Counted from the first letter of the stretch, positions 18,670 to 29,069 are shown. The stretch is 64,000 nucleotides of DNA from an uncultured delta proteobacterium (GCA_963843145.1 CAWJJC010000022.1:224001-288000); one strand, 5' to 3'. The notes: generated by a model from the sequence alone, not told the origin. Numbers and translations: made by a program.

Positions 18670-19040
18670 CAGTTTTCCCCTTTCCGATTGAGGAGGGTAT
18701 TCATTTTATCGATCAAGACCTGGATATCAATCGGTTTCACCAGGTAATAGTCCTCACCGGCCTCGGCCGTTCCCTTCCGGAAATCCTCTTCAGAGCCGTG
18801 GCCGGTGATAAAAATAAATTTCATCTGCGGATATCTTTCCTCCAATTTTCTTTTGAGGGAAAAACCGCTGATTTTGGGGATTTTAATATCCAGCAGGGCC
18901 ACATCATAGGATTTTTCTTCGACCTGTTTCAAGGCCGCTTCGCCGCTGGTGACCCAATCGGCTTCAATCCCTCTAAGATTCAATCGTTCCGCCAGAGTGG
19001 AGACCAGTTCCAATTCGTCGTCAACCAGTAGTACCCGCAT
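18669..19040 (-). CDS. Stand-alone receiver protein
   Basis: LLVDDE, LLDIKIP, ITGH, VKP. Confidence 0.9.
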   Translation of the reverse strand: MRVLLVDDELELVSTLAERLNLRGIEADWVTSGEAALKQVEEKSYDVALLDIKIPKISGFSLKRKLEERYPQMKFIFITGHGSEEDFRKGTAEAGEDYYLVKPIDIQVLIDKMNTLLNRKGEN

Positions 19041-20775
19041 GGTGTTCTCCTTTTTTTTTCGGATGCAGCGGCAAGGTAATGAAAAAGGCGGTCCCCTTCC
19101 CTACTTTGCTCTGGACGAAAATTTGGCCGCCCAACTCCTGAACCAGGCCGTAGGTGACGGAGAGCCCCAGACCGGTACCTCCGCTCTGGGCCTTGGTGGT
19201 AAAAAAGGGTTCAAAGATACGCTTAATATCTTCTTCCGGGATTCCGCGGCCCGTATCGGCAATGCGAATGACAACGGAATCCGGATCTTTTTTTTGAATG
19301 GTGATCTCCAGACGGCCTCCGTCGCTCAAGGCGGCAAAGGCATTATTGATGATGTTGAGAAAAATCTGTTGCAACTTCCCCCGGTCGCTCTCAAAGGGGG
19401 GGACCCGGTCCAGCACTATTACGGAGATGTCAATACTCCGGTATTCCGCTTCCTTGCCGAGAAAGCCCAGGACCTCTTTAATGACTTCTTCCACTTCAAT
19501 CGACGACAGTCCGACCTCCATATGGCGGGCGAAACCAAGCATACGCCGGGTGATGGTAGAACAGCGCTCCACGGAGGAAAGAATGGAATCAATCAAACTC
19601 ATCAACCGGGGATTTTGGGTATATTCCTGCTTCAGGGCGAATAAGTCTTTAATCAACCCGGCTTTTTCATTAATAATGGCCAGGGGATTATTGATTTCAT
19701 GGGCCACCCCGGCAGCCAGTCGGCCGATAGAGGCCAGTTTGTTGGAATATTCGACCTTATGCAGGGTGGCCACCCGCCTTTGATCAGCCAGAAAGGTTCG
19801 GTTAACCAGATAAGTCGCCACCCCTAATATGACCAGGATTATCAAAAGGGAACTGAGCGCCAGGAAACCCAGCAACTCCGTCCGGGTTCGATACCAGCTT
19901 TTCATGAGCTGTTCTTTATGTTTGGCCACCATCAGGATAAAAGGGGTATCGGAGAGGTAGGCATAGCCGATGATGAGGGGTATTCCCGCCGGATCGCTTA
20001 TCTCCAGCACTTCGGTTTTTTTTGAAAAGGCGGGGACCGGCAAGGCGATCCGGGTCAGAATTTTTCCCTGAGAGGTGGAGGGCGTTTGAAGAATTCCTTT
20101 CCGGTTGATCAGAAAGGCATCCCCCAGCCCGCTGATCTCCAGATTCGATAACAGATTGTTAAAGCGTTCGGTATCCAAAGTGGCTCGAAGGATATAAAAT
20201 GATCCCCCGGGCAGGTCATGTTTTACCGCAATAACCAGATGGGGTAAATTGCGGAATCCTAAAAAGACGTCACTGATATAAATTCCCCGTTCAAGTACTT
20301 CTTTGAACCAACCCTGATCCCTGTAGTTCTTGCCTTCCAGCGGATAAGGGCCGATATAGGTCTTTTGCTCTCCGGCAGCGTCAATGATTCCCAGGTCTAT
20401 AAATCCCCCCACCCCGACCTTCTTCAGATTGGACAGCAGCCTTTGCAGCCTTTGAGGGTTGCTGAGGGCCTCCAGCGTATTGTCCTGGGCAATAAAGTCC
20501 AGAGCGGCTTTTCTTTCCTCCAGGAAATAGGATATCGATCGACGGGTATTGGAAGCCAGCCGGGAGGTTCGCAGCAGGATTTCCGATTCTATCGATTTTT
20601 GAGTGACCTGGTAATCGATGATGGCTAAAGAAAAAAGAGGAATCAGCGCAACGCTGGCGGTTAAGGCCACCGCTTGTATCCAGATCCGGCGAAAATTGAA
20701 CAAGTGGGGATAGGGGCCGGCGGCCACATCCAGGTGATCCCAAAATTTTGGTTTTATTTTATTCCAAAAGGTCAT
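19021..20775 (-). CDS. Membrane sensor histidine kinase with Cache domain
   Basis: Two TM helices, YRDQGWF..YISDVF Cache motif, AHEINNP, DTGRG, GTGLGL; start set at MTFWN. Confidence 0.92.
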   Translation of the reverse strand: MTFWNKIKPKFWDHLDVAAGPYPHLFNFRRIWIQAVALTASVALIPLFSLAIIDYQVTQKSIESEILLRTSRLASNTRRSISYFLEERKAALDFIAQDNTLEALSNPQRLQRLLSNLKKVGVGGFIDLGIIDAAGEQKTYIGPYPLEGKNYRDQGWFKEVLERGIYISDVFLGFRNLPHLVIAVKHDLPGGSFYILRATLDTERFNNLLSNLEISGLGDAFLINRKGILQTPSTSQGKILTRIALPVPAFSKKTEVLEISDPAGIPLIIGYAYLSDTPFILMVAKHKEQLMKSWYRTRTELLGFLALSSLLIILVILGVATYLVNRTFLADQRRVATLHKVEYSNKLASIGRLAAGVAHEINNPLAIINEKAGLIKDLFALKQEYTQNPRLMSLIDSILSSVERCSTITRRMLGFARHMEVGLSSIEVEEVIKEVLGFLGKEAEYRSIDISVIVLDRVPPFESDRGKLQQIFLNIINNAFAALSDGGRLEITIQKKDPDSVVIRIADTGRGIPEEDIKRIFEPFFTTKAQSGGTGLGLSVTYGLVQELGGQIFVQSKVGKGTAFFITLPLHPKKKGEHHAGTTG

Positions 20776-20776
20776 T

Positions 20777-20940
20777 TGATAACCTTGCAAAAAGTCAAAT
20801 AACGACTTTCTGCTCGGCGGGGGATCACGCCTTAGGCGTGACTCCCCCGCCAGTTGAAATGAATTCAAATGGTCCCACGCCCACCCCAGCCCGGCGCTTA
20901 ACCCCGCCGGAGGCGGGGCGGACTTTTTGTGAGTCCGTCA
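20777..20940. repeat. REP/MITE-like palindromic element
   Basis: Imperfect terminal IR TGATAACCTTGCAAAAAGTC / GACTTTTTGTGAGTCCGTCA, with internal palindromes at 20816-20851 and 20902-20918. Confidence 0.7.
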
Positions 20941-22152
20941 GCGCTGCCTCTGGATTTTCTCATTCGCCTGTTTGATGGTTTCGCTCAACAGATCCACATC
21001 CACCGGCTTTTGAAGATAGGCAAAGGCCCCCAAACTCAGACAGATCTCCTTATCCGTCTCCGACCCATGGCCGGTGAGAATGATGACTTCTATCAGCGGA
21101 TGGGTCTGTTTCACCCTTTTCAAGACTTCCATCCCATCGATGCCGGGCATTTTGAGATCCAAAATCATCACCTCGGGTTCATCTTCCCGGACCATACTCA
21201 GCGCCATTTCCCCGTCATAAGCTACCGCCGAGCCCATCTCCCGCAGCAGCAATCGCTCGGAAAGGGTTTGGACAAACTCCCGCTCATCATCCACCAGGAG
21301 TACTTTGGAGGGAATATCAAAATCGAATTTCCGGTAAATGTCGGACTGATGAAATTCCTGGCCCACTTTGGTCTCCACGGCAGTGACTCCCGGGATGCGG
21401 ACGGCGATGGATTTCAATTCCTCCTCCAAACGGCTCAACATTAAAACATGTTTATTGATGGTTAAAGTGATTTCCCCGCCCCGGGCTTCCACCTTGACCT
21501 GGTGCCCTTCCTTGGCCAAGGCTACTTCGACCTGGGCCGCCAAGGAAAAATCATCCACAGCCTTTCGGGAAGCCGCGCTGGGTTGAAGGATGTCTTTGGC
21601 TAAATTTTTCTCCACCAAGGCCAGGATTTCTTCCAGGTTCAGCTTGTCGGTGGGAATAATCATGTCATACAAGGAGGGGTCCCAAGGATCTTTTCGGCCG
21701 AATAAGGCCGCGACCCAGGCGGCGCAATCTTCGTCCTTCCGGTGAATTATTTTAAGGGCTTCCTGGGTGGAGAGAACTAAATCTTTTTGGGCGGCCGCCA
21801 CCCGGTTTTTCATGTCGGCAATCAGACAGATCCGCAGGGCATGGGATATCCTTTTAGGAACCAGTAAGCTGACCAGACCCTGTATCAGCAGGTTATCTTC
21901 CCGCAGCATTTCGGACATAACCATTTTAAGGTAGGCGATGGCCCGTTCCTTTTCGTGGGTGAATTGATTAAAAACCGAGGTTTTGGCCGAAAAAGCCCGT
22001 TCGATTTTGTTATCCGGCAAACCCGAAGCCTTTTTGGCCCGGGAAACAATATTGGTGTCCGACAAATGCCGGTATCCGGTTTTTTCCATCAACCGGGAGA
22101 CAACCTGATCTTCCCGACAATAGGTCCCGCTGAAGACGGTAATGATCGGCAT
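20938..22152 (-). CDS. Cytidylate-kinase-like + BON-like + receiver fusion protein
   Basis: MPIITVFSG start, DPWDPSLYDMII, BON-like VKVEARGGEITL..IPGVTAV, C-terminal receiver LLVDDE/LDLKMP/QKP. Confidence 0.85.
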   Translation of the reverse strand: MPIITVFSGTYCREDQVVSRLMEKTGYRHLSDTNIVSRAKKASGLPDNKIERAFSAKTSVFNQFTHEKERAIAYLKMVMSEMLREDNLLIQGLVSLLVPKRISHALRICLIADMKNRVAAAQKDLVLSTQEALKIIHRKDEDCAAWVAALFGRKDPWDPSLYDMIIPTDKLNLEEILALVEKNLAKDILQPSAASRKAVDDFSLAAQVEVALAKEGHQVKVEARGGEITLTINKHVLMLSRLEEELKSIAVRIPGVTAVETKVGQEFHQSDIYRKFDFDIPSKVLLVDDEREFVQTLSERLLLREMGSAVAYDGEMALSMVREDEPEVMILDLKMPGIDGMEVLKRVKQTHPLIEVIILTGHGSETDKEICLSLGAFAYLQKPVDVDLLSETIKQANEKIQRQR

Positions 22153-22254
22153 GGCAACCCCCTTATCTTTTACGCTAACCCCAGCCCAAAAAAATGTCAT
22201 TTTTTTGGCTGAAATAAAAACCACCTTAAAAGATTTAGAAAAATGTTTTCTATA

Positions 22255-22314
22255 TTAGATTTTTACATCCATTGTTAGAGACAAAATCTCAAAACAATGG
22301 ATGTAAAAATCTAA
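22255..22314. terminator. Long AT-rich hairpin at the 3' end of sulP
   Basis: Perfect 22-bp IR TTAGATTTTTACATCCATTGTT / AACAATGGATGTAAAAATCTAA overlapping the stop codon. Confidence 0.7.
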
Positions 22315-24434
22315 AGGTGACAAACCGCTAAGAGCGGACAATTCGTTTCTTCTTCCCCTTTATGGGTCAGGGGATAAATAGCACTAAGGGCCTGTTCCAT
22401 GGTCGGGTAAAAATGGTCTTCTCCGATTTTTTCCGGGAAATGGGTCCTCATCAGCACCTTCAACACGGTCTCGTTCACTCCGCTCAAGGAGAGATCCAAG
22501 CCGGCGCTGCGAATACGGTCCACCAGTAAGGATAGCGTTTCTTCCCCGGAGGCGTCAATATCATTGATGCCGTTGCAGACCAGGACCAGGTGTTTTAAGT
22601 TTTTCTTTTTCCGCATGAGGTCCATGATCTTGTCTTCCAGGTAGCTGGAGTTGGCAAAAAACAAGGGTCCCTCAAAACGGATCATGGCCAGATATTCACA
22701 TTCCTTCAAGCTATGGGTATCGGCACAACGCAGCGATTGGTCCTCATGCCGAGAGAGGGCGGCCAGCTTGGGCCGCATGCTCTTATAAAGGAAAACCAGA
22801 AGCGAAAGGACCACCCCCACCATAATGCCCTTGTCCAGATGGGGGGCAAAGGCCAGGGTGCAGAGGAAGGTAATGATGGAGATGAGCCCGTCATACCACT
22901 GGGCCTTCCAGGCGTGGACAAACCCGGAAACATTAATCAATCCGATGACGGCCATCATGATCACCGCCGCCAGTACCGACTGAGGCAGATGATAGAGCAA
23001 GGGGGTGAAAAAAAGCAAGACAATCACCACGGCCACGCTGGTAAAGGCGCTGGAAAGCCCGGTCAGGGCTCCAGCCTGCAGGTTGACGGCCGACCTGGAA
23101 AAGGAGCCGGAAACGGGATAGCTCTTGCCGACCGCCCCCACCAGGTTGGCCAAGCCCTGGCCGATCAATTCCTGGTTGGGGTCCAGGCGCTGCCCGGTTT
23201 TTCCGGCCATGGCCTTGGCGATCGAAATCGCCTCCATAAAACCTAACAGGGAAATAATGGCGGCAAAGGGCAAGAGATGCAAAAATACGCCGAGCTCCAC
23301 TGGAGGAACGGTAAAGGAGGGCAATCCCCGGGGGACCACTCCCACCACGGCGCCTCCTCCCATGACCAGGATTTTATCCTCGGGGATCGGTTTGTTCCCC
23401 ACCCGGATTCGCCAAATCCGACCGTCTCCCCGAAGTCCGGGAGGCCGCTCTGCTTTCAGATAGAAGGCCGAAGATCCATCCGCCCGGACCACATGCTCCA
23501 AAATCAAATTTCTGATATTCTGCCGCAATATTTGGGCCTGGAGCTTTTGTTCATCTATGTTCATGGCCAGGATATTTTGGGCATGTTCCGCCTGAAGCAA
23601 CCCCAATTTTTGGTGATTTTTTTTGGCTTCCTCCCTGGCCCGATTTAATTCGGTTCGTTTCGTTCCCAGGGTCGTAATCTCCCCGGTAACAAGGTTGAAT
23701 TGACGGATCAGTTCCTGGACCTGAGGGGAGCCTATTCGGGACAAATCCACTCGAAGGTTATGTTCCAGGCCAAAAGCCGCGGCCAACACCGTGGTAATCA
23801 CCACCGCCACCAGTACATTCGGGACCTTGGGCGCCAGCCTTTTCAGCCCGTACATGATGGCAAAGGCCAAAACCCCCATGAAAAATGTCGGCCAATAGGT
23901 GAATTGGTAAGCGGCCTGGACGACCCGCATGATGGTCTGGTAGTGGTGGTCGGCCGTATCCACTTCGACCCCGAACATCTTGGACAACTGGGAAGTGGCG
24001 ATAATAATCGCCGCGGCATTGGTAAACCCATTGACTACCGGGTGGGATAAGAAATTTACCACGAGGCCCAAGCGGAGGACGCCCAAGAGCAACTGGAAAA
24101 CGCCGACCACCAGGGCCAGCAGGATGGCATAGGCGATATAGGTATCCCCGCCGGCCGTGGCCAACGGCCCCAGAGAGGCGGCCGTCAGCAGAGAAACGAC
24201 GGCCACCGGGCCGGTGGCCAACTGACGGCTGGACCCGAACAGGGCGGCGATCATGGGGGGCAAAAAGGCCGCGTATAAACCATAATAACTCGGCAGGCCG
24301 GCCAACTGGGCGTAGGCCATGGATTGAGGGATGAGTACCAGGGCTACCGTCAATCCGGCCAGGGCATCGGCCCGCAAGCTATCCAGTCGATACCCTTTAA
24401 CCCAGCTCAAAAAGGGGAAAATACGGTATAACAT
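22311..24434 (-). CDS. sulP: SulP/SLC26 anion transporter with STAS domain and an internal soluble insertion
   Basis: DALAGLTVALVLIPQSMAYA, GSSRQLATGP, NQELIGQG, GSFSRSA, STAS GPLFFAN..IDASG. Confidence 0.95.
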   Translation of the reverse strand: MLYRIFPFLSWVKGYRLDSLRADALAGLTVALVLIPQSMAYAQLAGLPSYYGLYAAFLPPMIAALFGSSRQLATGPVAVVSLLTAASLGPLATAGGDTYIAYAILLALVVGVFQLLLGVLRLGLVVNFLSHPVVNGFTNAAAIIIATSQLSKMFGVEVDTADHHYQTIMRVVQAAYQFTYWPTFFMGVLAFAIMYGLKRLAPKVPNVLVAVVITTVLAAAFGLEHNLRVDLSRIGSPQVQELIRQFNLVTGEITTLGTKRTELNRAREEAKKNHQKLGLLQAEHAQNILAMNIDEQKLQAQILRQNIRNLILEHVVRADGSSAFYLKAERPPGLRGDGRIWRIRVGNKPIPEDKILVMGGGAVVGVVPRGLPSFTVPPVELGVFLHLLPFAAIISLLGFMEAISIAKAMAGKTGQRLDPNQELIGQGLANLVGAVGKSYPVSGSFSRSAVNLQAGALTGLSSAFTSVAVVIVLLFFTPLLYHLPQSVLAAVIMMAVIGLINVSGFVHAWKAQWYDGLISIITFLCTLAFAPHLDKGIMVGVVLSLLVFLYKSMRPKLAALSRHEDQSLRCADTHSLKECEYLAMIRFEGPLFFANSSYLEDKIMDLMRKKKNLKHLVLVCNGINDIDASGEETLSLLVDRIRSAGLDLSLSGVNETVLKVLMRTHFPEKIGEDHFYPTMEQALSAIYPLTHKGEEETNCPLLAVCHL

Positions 24435-25037
24435 CTACGGAATACCTCCTGACCGCGTTTTATTCTCCAGCATCCGGCGGACCCCGCTAATTAGTTCATT
24501 GTAAAGGGATCCGGCATCGTACAAGTTATAGGTCTTAAATCGCACCAGACCGTCCACCAGGGCGAAAAGGATCAAGGCCGTTTTTCGGGCCGGCATCTCA
24601 GCGATCGAACCGTCCTCCTGACCCCGAATAATCGACCTTTCAAACAGTTCAATTAAGCAGTTATAAATCGCCTCCAGGTAGTCCCGGCAAAGCGGATTAT
24701 TCTCAGCTAACTCATAGGGGTAGCGGTGATGGAGGAGGTGAAACCGCTCTTCCTTCATGCCGGCCAGATAGAGATAAAAAGAGATTGCCCCTTCCACCAT
24801 CTCCAGGCCATTTTCGAATTGGGTCTCGGCCAGATATTGCTCAAAGCCCCCCAGCAGATCTTCTTTAATCCTTTCCAGGATCTGGAGGAATAACCCCTCC
24901 TTATTCTTAAAATGATAAAAGATCGTGCCCTCGGCCACCCCGGTCAGTTTACAAAGATCCTGGATGGAGGTTTCCTTGAAACCTTTTTCCGTGAAAAGTT
25001 TAGTGGCGGCCTGCATTATGGCTTCTTTTCTTTTCAT
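24435..25037 (-). CDS. TetR/AcrR family transcriptional regulator
   Basis: AATKLFTEKGF..TSIQDL..GVAEGTIFYHFKNKE HTH. Confidence 0.95.
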   Translation of the reverse strand: MKRKEAIMQAATKLFTEKGFKETSIQDLCKLTGVAEGTIFYHFKNKEGLFLQILERIKEDLLGGFEQYLAETQFENGLEMVEGAISFYLYLAGMKEERFHLLHHRYPYELAENNPLCRDYLEAIYNCLIELFERSIIRGQEDGSIAEMPARKTALILFALVDGLVRFKTYNLYDAGSLYNELISGVRRMLENKTRSGGIP

Positions 25038-25048
25038 AAACTCTATTA

Positions 25049-25080
25049 AAGAAATTAACTGAGTACTCAGTCAGTTTCTT
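25049..25080. promoter_or_regulatory. Palindromic operator, probably for the TetR protein
   Basis: Perfect ACTGAGTACTCAGT (25058-25071) flanked by AAGAAA/TTTCTT, 20 bp upstream of the ATG and downstream of minus-strand TTGACA at 25099-25104. Confidence 0.75.
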
Positions 25081-25401
25081 ATTATTTATCTTTTTTAATG
25101 TCAATAAAAATTTAGAAGAAAGGAGGAAGCAGTCGGGAGAAAAGGGTTGGGGAATGATCGAACCCACTCTTCGGAATTAGTATCCTAAGGAGCAGGCAGG
25201 GGGATGGGAATCTATTTCGGGTCGACCGATACTAAGGCCAGAAAGTCTAGGGCCGAGATATTTTTCCTAATTTTTCTTTCCAGAGGGAAAAAAGATAATG
25301 GATTTTTCGGAAGAAAGTTCTTACCGGTTGTCTGGGGTTGGTAATAATCGTATCCTCTTCTTGTTTATCCAGGATTTTTTCCATATTACTGCGATAGATT
25401 T

Positions 25402-25791
25402 TCATCGTTTTCCCTCCTTTTCCAAGGTTTGAGCCGCCTTCAGAATAACCTCTCGGATTTTTCCGATTCGAAACGGTTTGGCAATAAAATCAAAGGCCCC
25501 TTTGGCTATGGATTCGTGGGCCATATCCAAGGTGGCGTAGCCGGTGATCATGATCACCTTAGTGGCGGGAGACTTTTGAAGTACGTTTTCCAATACCTGC
25601 AGCCCGTCCAGTTCCTCCATGCGGATGTCGGTTACCACAATATCAAAATTTTTTTCCTCCAAACGGGCGACCGCCTCCTTCGGATCCGTATAAATCTCCA
25701 CCCGGTATCCTTCCTTGATTAGTGCGGGCTTGAGCCGTTGACCCACCAGCGGCTCATCGTCAAGAATTAGTAACTCCCAAGGCCTTCCCAT
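25402..25791 (-). CDS. Stand-alone receiver protein
   Basis: LDDEPLVGQRL, VTDIRM, ITGYAT, AKPF. Confidence 0.92.
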   Translation of the reverse strand: MGRPWELLILDDEPLVGQRLKPALIKEGYRVEIYTDPKEAVARLEEKNFDIVVTDIRMEELDGLQVLENVLQKSPATKVIMITGYATLDMAHESIAKGAFDFIAKPFRIGKIREVILKAAQTLEKEGKR

Positions 25792-25917
25792 CGCAGCTCC
25801 TTTGTCTCTTAACCTATTTTATCTTTATAGACTCAAAATACAAGATAAGGGCCAAACATAAAAAGTCAATTAATTTAAGATTGTTAACCTTTAAAACCAA
25901 TTAGTCGCCAATAGCTT

Positions 25918-25933
25918 TGTTTCAAATTGAAAC
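25918..25933. promoter_or_regulatory. Putative sigma54-activator binding site
   Basis: Palindrome TGTTTCA-AAT-TGAAAC; the same motif recurs at 30652, 30761 and 48914-49025. Confidence 0.5.
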
Positions 25934-26055
25934 TGCAAAAAACTGACCGAGCGATTGACTTTTATTCAAAACCCTGGTTGTTTGATTTGGAAAATACGGG
26001 AAAAAGAGTTGTCTGCCCGCCGACTGAAATTTGGAATTGTAAAAAAAGGATACCT

Positions 26056-27486
26056 CTAGACGCTGACCGCTCCCTCGGAAAAAGGAAGGTAAAGGGAAAA
26101 GGTGGTTCCCCGTCCTTCCGTACTTTGAACCTCGATCCGGCCTCCCTGGTTTTGGAGGATATTATAACTTACCGAAAGACCCAGGCCCGTCCCTCCTTTC
26201 TTAGTGGAGAAAAAAGGGTCAAAAATCCGGCCCAGGTTCTCGGCGGGAATGCCCGGTCCGGTGTCGACGATGTCGATTCGCGCTTCATTATTGACCCGAT
26301 CCAGGATAATACTCAACTTGCCGCCCCCGGGCATGGCTTGGATGCTGTTTAATAAGAGATTGACCAACACCTGCTGCAAGCCGCTTTTATCCAGGAGCAG
26401 TTTGGGGAACAACCATTTAATTTCTTTGTCTATTTTTATTCGATGGACCTTGAATTCGTTGTTCAGTAGGCGGATGGTTTTGTCGATCAGTTCTTCCAGG
26501 GAAACTTCCTCCCGTCGAGGATGATTGGCTCGGGAAAATTCCAGAAGATTTTTTACAATGTCACTGGCCCGGTCGGCCTGATCCAAGGCCTCTTGGTATA
26601 ATTGCAGCCGTTCTTCCGGTGATAGGGTTTGATTGTCTTCAGCCAGGGTTTCCAGGGTCAGAACAATGTTATTGATGGGATTGTTGATCTCGTGGGCGAT
26701 TCCCGAGGTCAGGGTGCCGACGGCGGCGATCTTTCGGGATTGCACCAGTTGCTCCTGGCGGCTTTCTAGTTCGGTCATCATCCGGTTGAGGGCTGCGGTC
26801 AGGCGGCAGATTTCGTTGTCGGTATTCCCCAGTAGCTGTGAAATCTTTCCGTGAAAAATGCCCTGGGCAATGGCCTCGGATTCCCGGGTAATCCGGGCCA
26901 GCGGACGGACGATTTTTTCCCCGATAAAAAAAACCACAAATCCCAGTAACAGGACCAGAACGACTAAATTAAGCATGGGAAAAGATATCATGCGCTGCAG
27001 GCGCTGATTGATTTCCCGGCGTTCACCGGCAATTAGTTGATCGGCCAGGACCAAGAGGTTCTGGCCGGTCCCCCGGATTTTTCCCTGGAGGGCTAGGTTC
27101 TCTTCTTTCTTCAGGGGATTCTTCCTCAACGCCTCCATCGAGGAGGAGTATTCTCCAGTATTCTTTATAAAACGATCGTAATTCTCCTTTCCCATGGACC
27201 GGATCAGGTTTTCCCTTTCTCGATTCAGGATCAGTCCCAGCCGGTTGGTATAGGTCAGGTTTTCTTCAAAGTCATATTCTTTCTGATAAAGGAAATAGTT
27301 TTTCTCGTAGCGCCGCATTTCCAGCAGGCTGCTGTTGAGTTCCTCGGCGATTTCAAAAAATTGCATGGAGCTGCTCAAACGGTAAAAATTACCGTAATTG
27401 ATGGCGATCATCAGGGCCATGAACAGGAAGCAGGCTGAAAAGGCCATGATGACCTGCCCCCGGATGGTCGAAGGAAATACTTTCAT
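26056..27486 (-). CDS. HAMP sensor histidine kinase
   Basis: TM, RRYEKNYFLY periplasmic motif, TM, HAMP, AHEINNP, DTGPG, GTGLGL. Confidence 0.93.
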   Translation of the reverse strand: MKVFPSTIRGQVIMAFSACFLFMALMIAINYGNFYRLSSSMQFFEIAEELNSSLLEMRRYEKNYFLYQKEYDFEENLTYTNRLGLILNRERENLIRSMGKENYDRFIKNTGEYSSSMEALRKNPLKKEENLALQGKIRGTGQNLLVLADQLIAGERREINQRLQRMISFPMLNLVVLVLLLGFVVFFIGEKIVRPLARITRESEAIAQGIFHGKISQLLGNTDNEICRLTAALNRMMTELESRQEQLVQSRKIAAVGTLTSGIAHEINNPINNIVLTLETLAEDNQTLSPEERLQLYQEALDQADRASDIVKNLLEFSRANHPRREEVSLEELIDKTIRLLNNEFKVHRIKIDKEIKWLFPKLLLDKSGLQQVLVNLLLNSIQAMPGGGKLSIILDRVNNEARIDIVDTGPGIPAENLGRIFDPFFSTKKGGTGLGLSVSYNILQNQGGRIEVQSTEGRGTTFSLYLPFSEGAVSV

Positions 27487-29069
27487 CGGTCCGGGGTCCC
27501 TCCGGTTTTTTCCACTTTGGAACTTAATTCCGGAGCCGGGAAGGTGGTGACGGGTAGGAGGACGGTAAAGGTCGTGCCGACTCCCACTTGGCTGTCTGCC
27601 CGGATCTGCCCCCCGTGACGGGCAACAATTCCATGAGAAACCGAAAGCCCTAAGCCGGTCCCTTTCCCTTTCTTCTTGGTTGTAAAGAAGGGATCAAAGA
27701 CGTTGGGCAGGATATGTTCGGGTATCCCCGGACCATTGTCGGAGATTTTGACCGCCAAGAAATTAGGCCCCTCCTGGGCCACGGAAATTTGAATCCTTCC
27801 TCCTTTGGGAATGACGTCGATGGCGTTTAGAACAATATTTAAAAAAACCTGGGTCAATTGCTGGTGATCCCCGTGGATGCGCGGGAGTTGGGGCAGGACG
27901 CTGACCTCCAGGTGGGCCCCGGAAATCTTGATCTGGTTGCCCGCCAGCCGAACGGTTTCTTGGATGATCTGGCCCAAATCCAACGGTTCGATTTTGGATT
28001 CGCCCTCCCGGGCGAAATCCAGCAGGTTCCGGATGATCCCCTGGGACCGATCCGCCTGACTGATGAGATCCCGGATCATTTCCAGTCGCTCCTCGTCCGG
28101 TAGGTCGCCATAATCTTCTAAGAGGATATGGGCGGTCAGCGAAATGTTGTTGATGGGGTTGTTCAGCTCGTGGGCCACGCCGGCCGTCAAATTGCCTACG
28201 GCCCGGAGCTTATGAGACTGGACCAATACTTCCTGGCGGTGGCTGAGTTCTTTCAACATGCGATCCATGGCTAAGATCAAGGCGGAAAACTCATCTTTAT
28301 AGTGCCGGGTGGGAATTACGGGTTTGAAGTCTCCTTGGGAAATTCGTTGGGTGTAACCTAATATCTGTTTCAAGGGTCCTAAAATTTGCCTGGTTAAGAG
28401 ATGGGCCAAGTAACCCATCAATAAAAAAAGGAAAATCATGAAATAGATAGGAACCCGTTTGGCACTGGTAAACATTTCCTCGACCGATTGTCGCTCTTCC
28501 TGGACCAAATTGAAAGCCAAGGAAATCATCTCCCCCCCATGGATGCGGAGGTCCGATTCCAGTTGGTTGCGTTGTCCGGGGGGAGCCGATTCCCGTTTGC
28601 TGACGATCAATTGCAGATTTTCCAGGAGCGACCGGTAGGTCTCGGTATGGGAGAACAGGGTATCATAGGACTTCCTCCCGATGACCCCGGCGATTTTGAG
28701 GTGATTGGTGTCCAGAAAGGACAAGGCCGTATTTACGTGGTAGAGGGCATCGGCCAGATTGGTTCCGTAGAGGAAATAATTTTTTTCAAATCGACGCGCC
28801 TGTTGGATTTCAAAGGAGAAATTGTCGGCCACTTTTAAGAAATGAAGCTTGTCTTCCAGGCGATAGACGACATAAAGGGAGGCCAGCGTTATACCCAAGG
28901 CCATGACAAAGCAGATAAAAAAACCGAGGGTGATGCGGGTGCGAATACTTAAGTTGGGTTTTCCGGAAAAACCGCTTTCTGTGGCTTCGGCTTGGCTTTC
29001 GGAAGAAGCTTCGGGGAATAATGGCTTTGGATGATCCGTTTCTGAATTCGTCGGATTCACAGTCGGCAT
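27483..29069 (-). CDS. HAMP sensor histidine kinase
   Basis: [32 protein letters not shown]. Confidence 0.93.
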   Translation of the reverse strand: MPTVNPTNSETDHPKPLFPEASSESQAEATESGFSGKPNLSIRTRITLGFFICFVMALGITLASLYVVYRLEDKLHFLKVADNFSFEIQQARRFEKNYFLYGTNLADALYHVNTALSFLDTNHLKIAGVIGRKSYDTLFSHTETYRSLLENLQLIVSKRESAPPGQRNQLESDLRIHGGEMISLAFNLVQEERQSVEEMFTSAKRVPIYFMIFLFLLMGYLAHLLTRQILGPLKQILGYTQRISQGDFKPVIPTRHYKDEFSALILAMDRMLKELSHRQEVLVQSHKLRAVGNLTAGVAHELNNPINNISLTAHILLEDYGDLPDEERLEMIRDLISQADRSQGIIRNLLDFAREGESKIEPLDLGQIIQETVRLAGNQIKISGAHLEVSVLPQLPRIHGDHQQLTQVFLNIVLNAIDVIPKGGRIQISVAQEGPNFLAVKISDNGPGIPEHILPNVFDPFFTTKKKGKGTGLGLSVSHGIVARHGGQIRADSQVGVGTTFTVLLPVTTFPAPELSSKVEKTGGTPDR

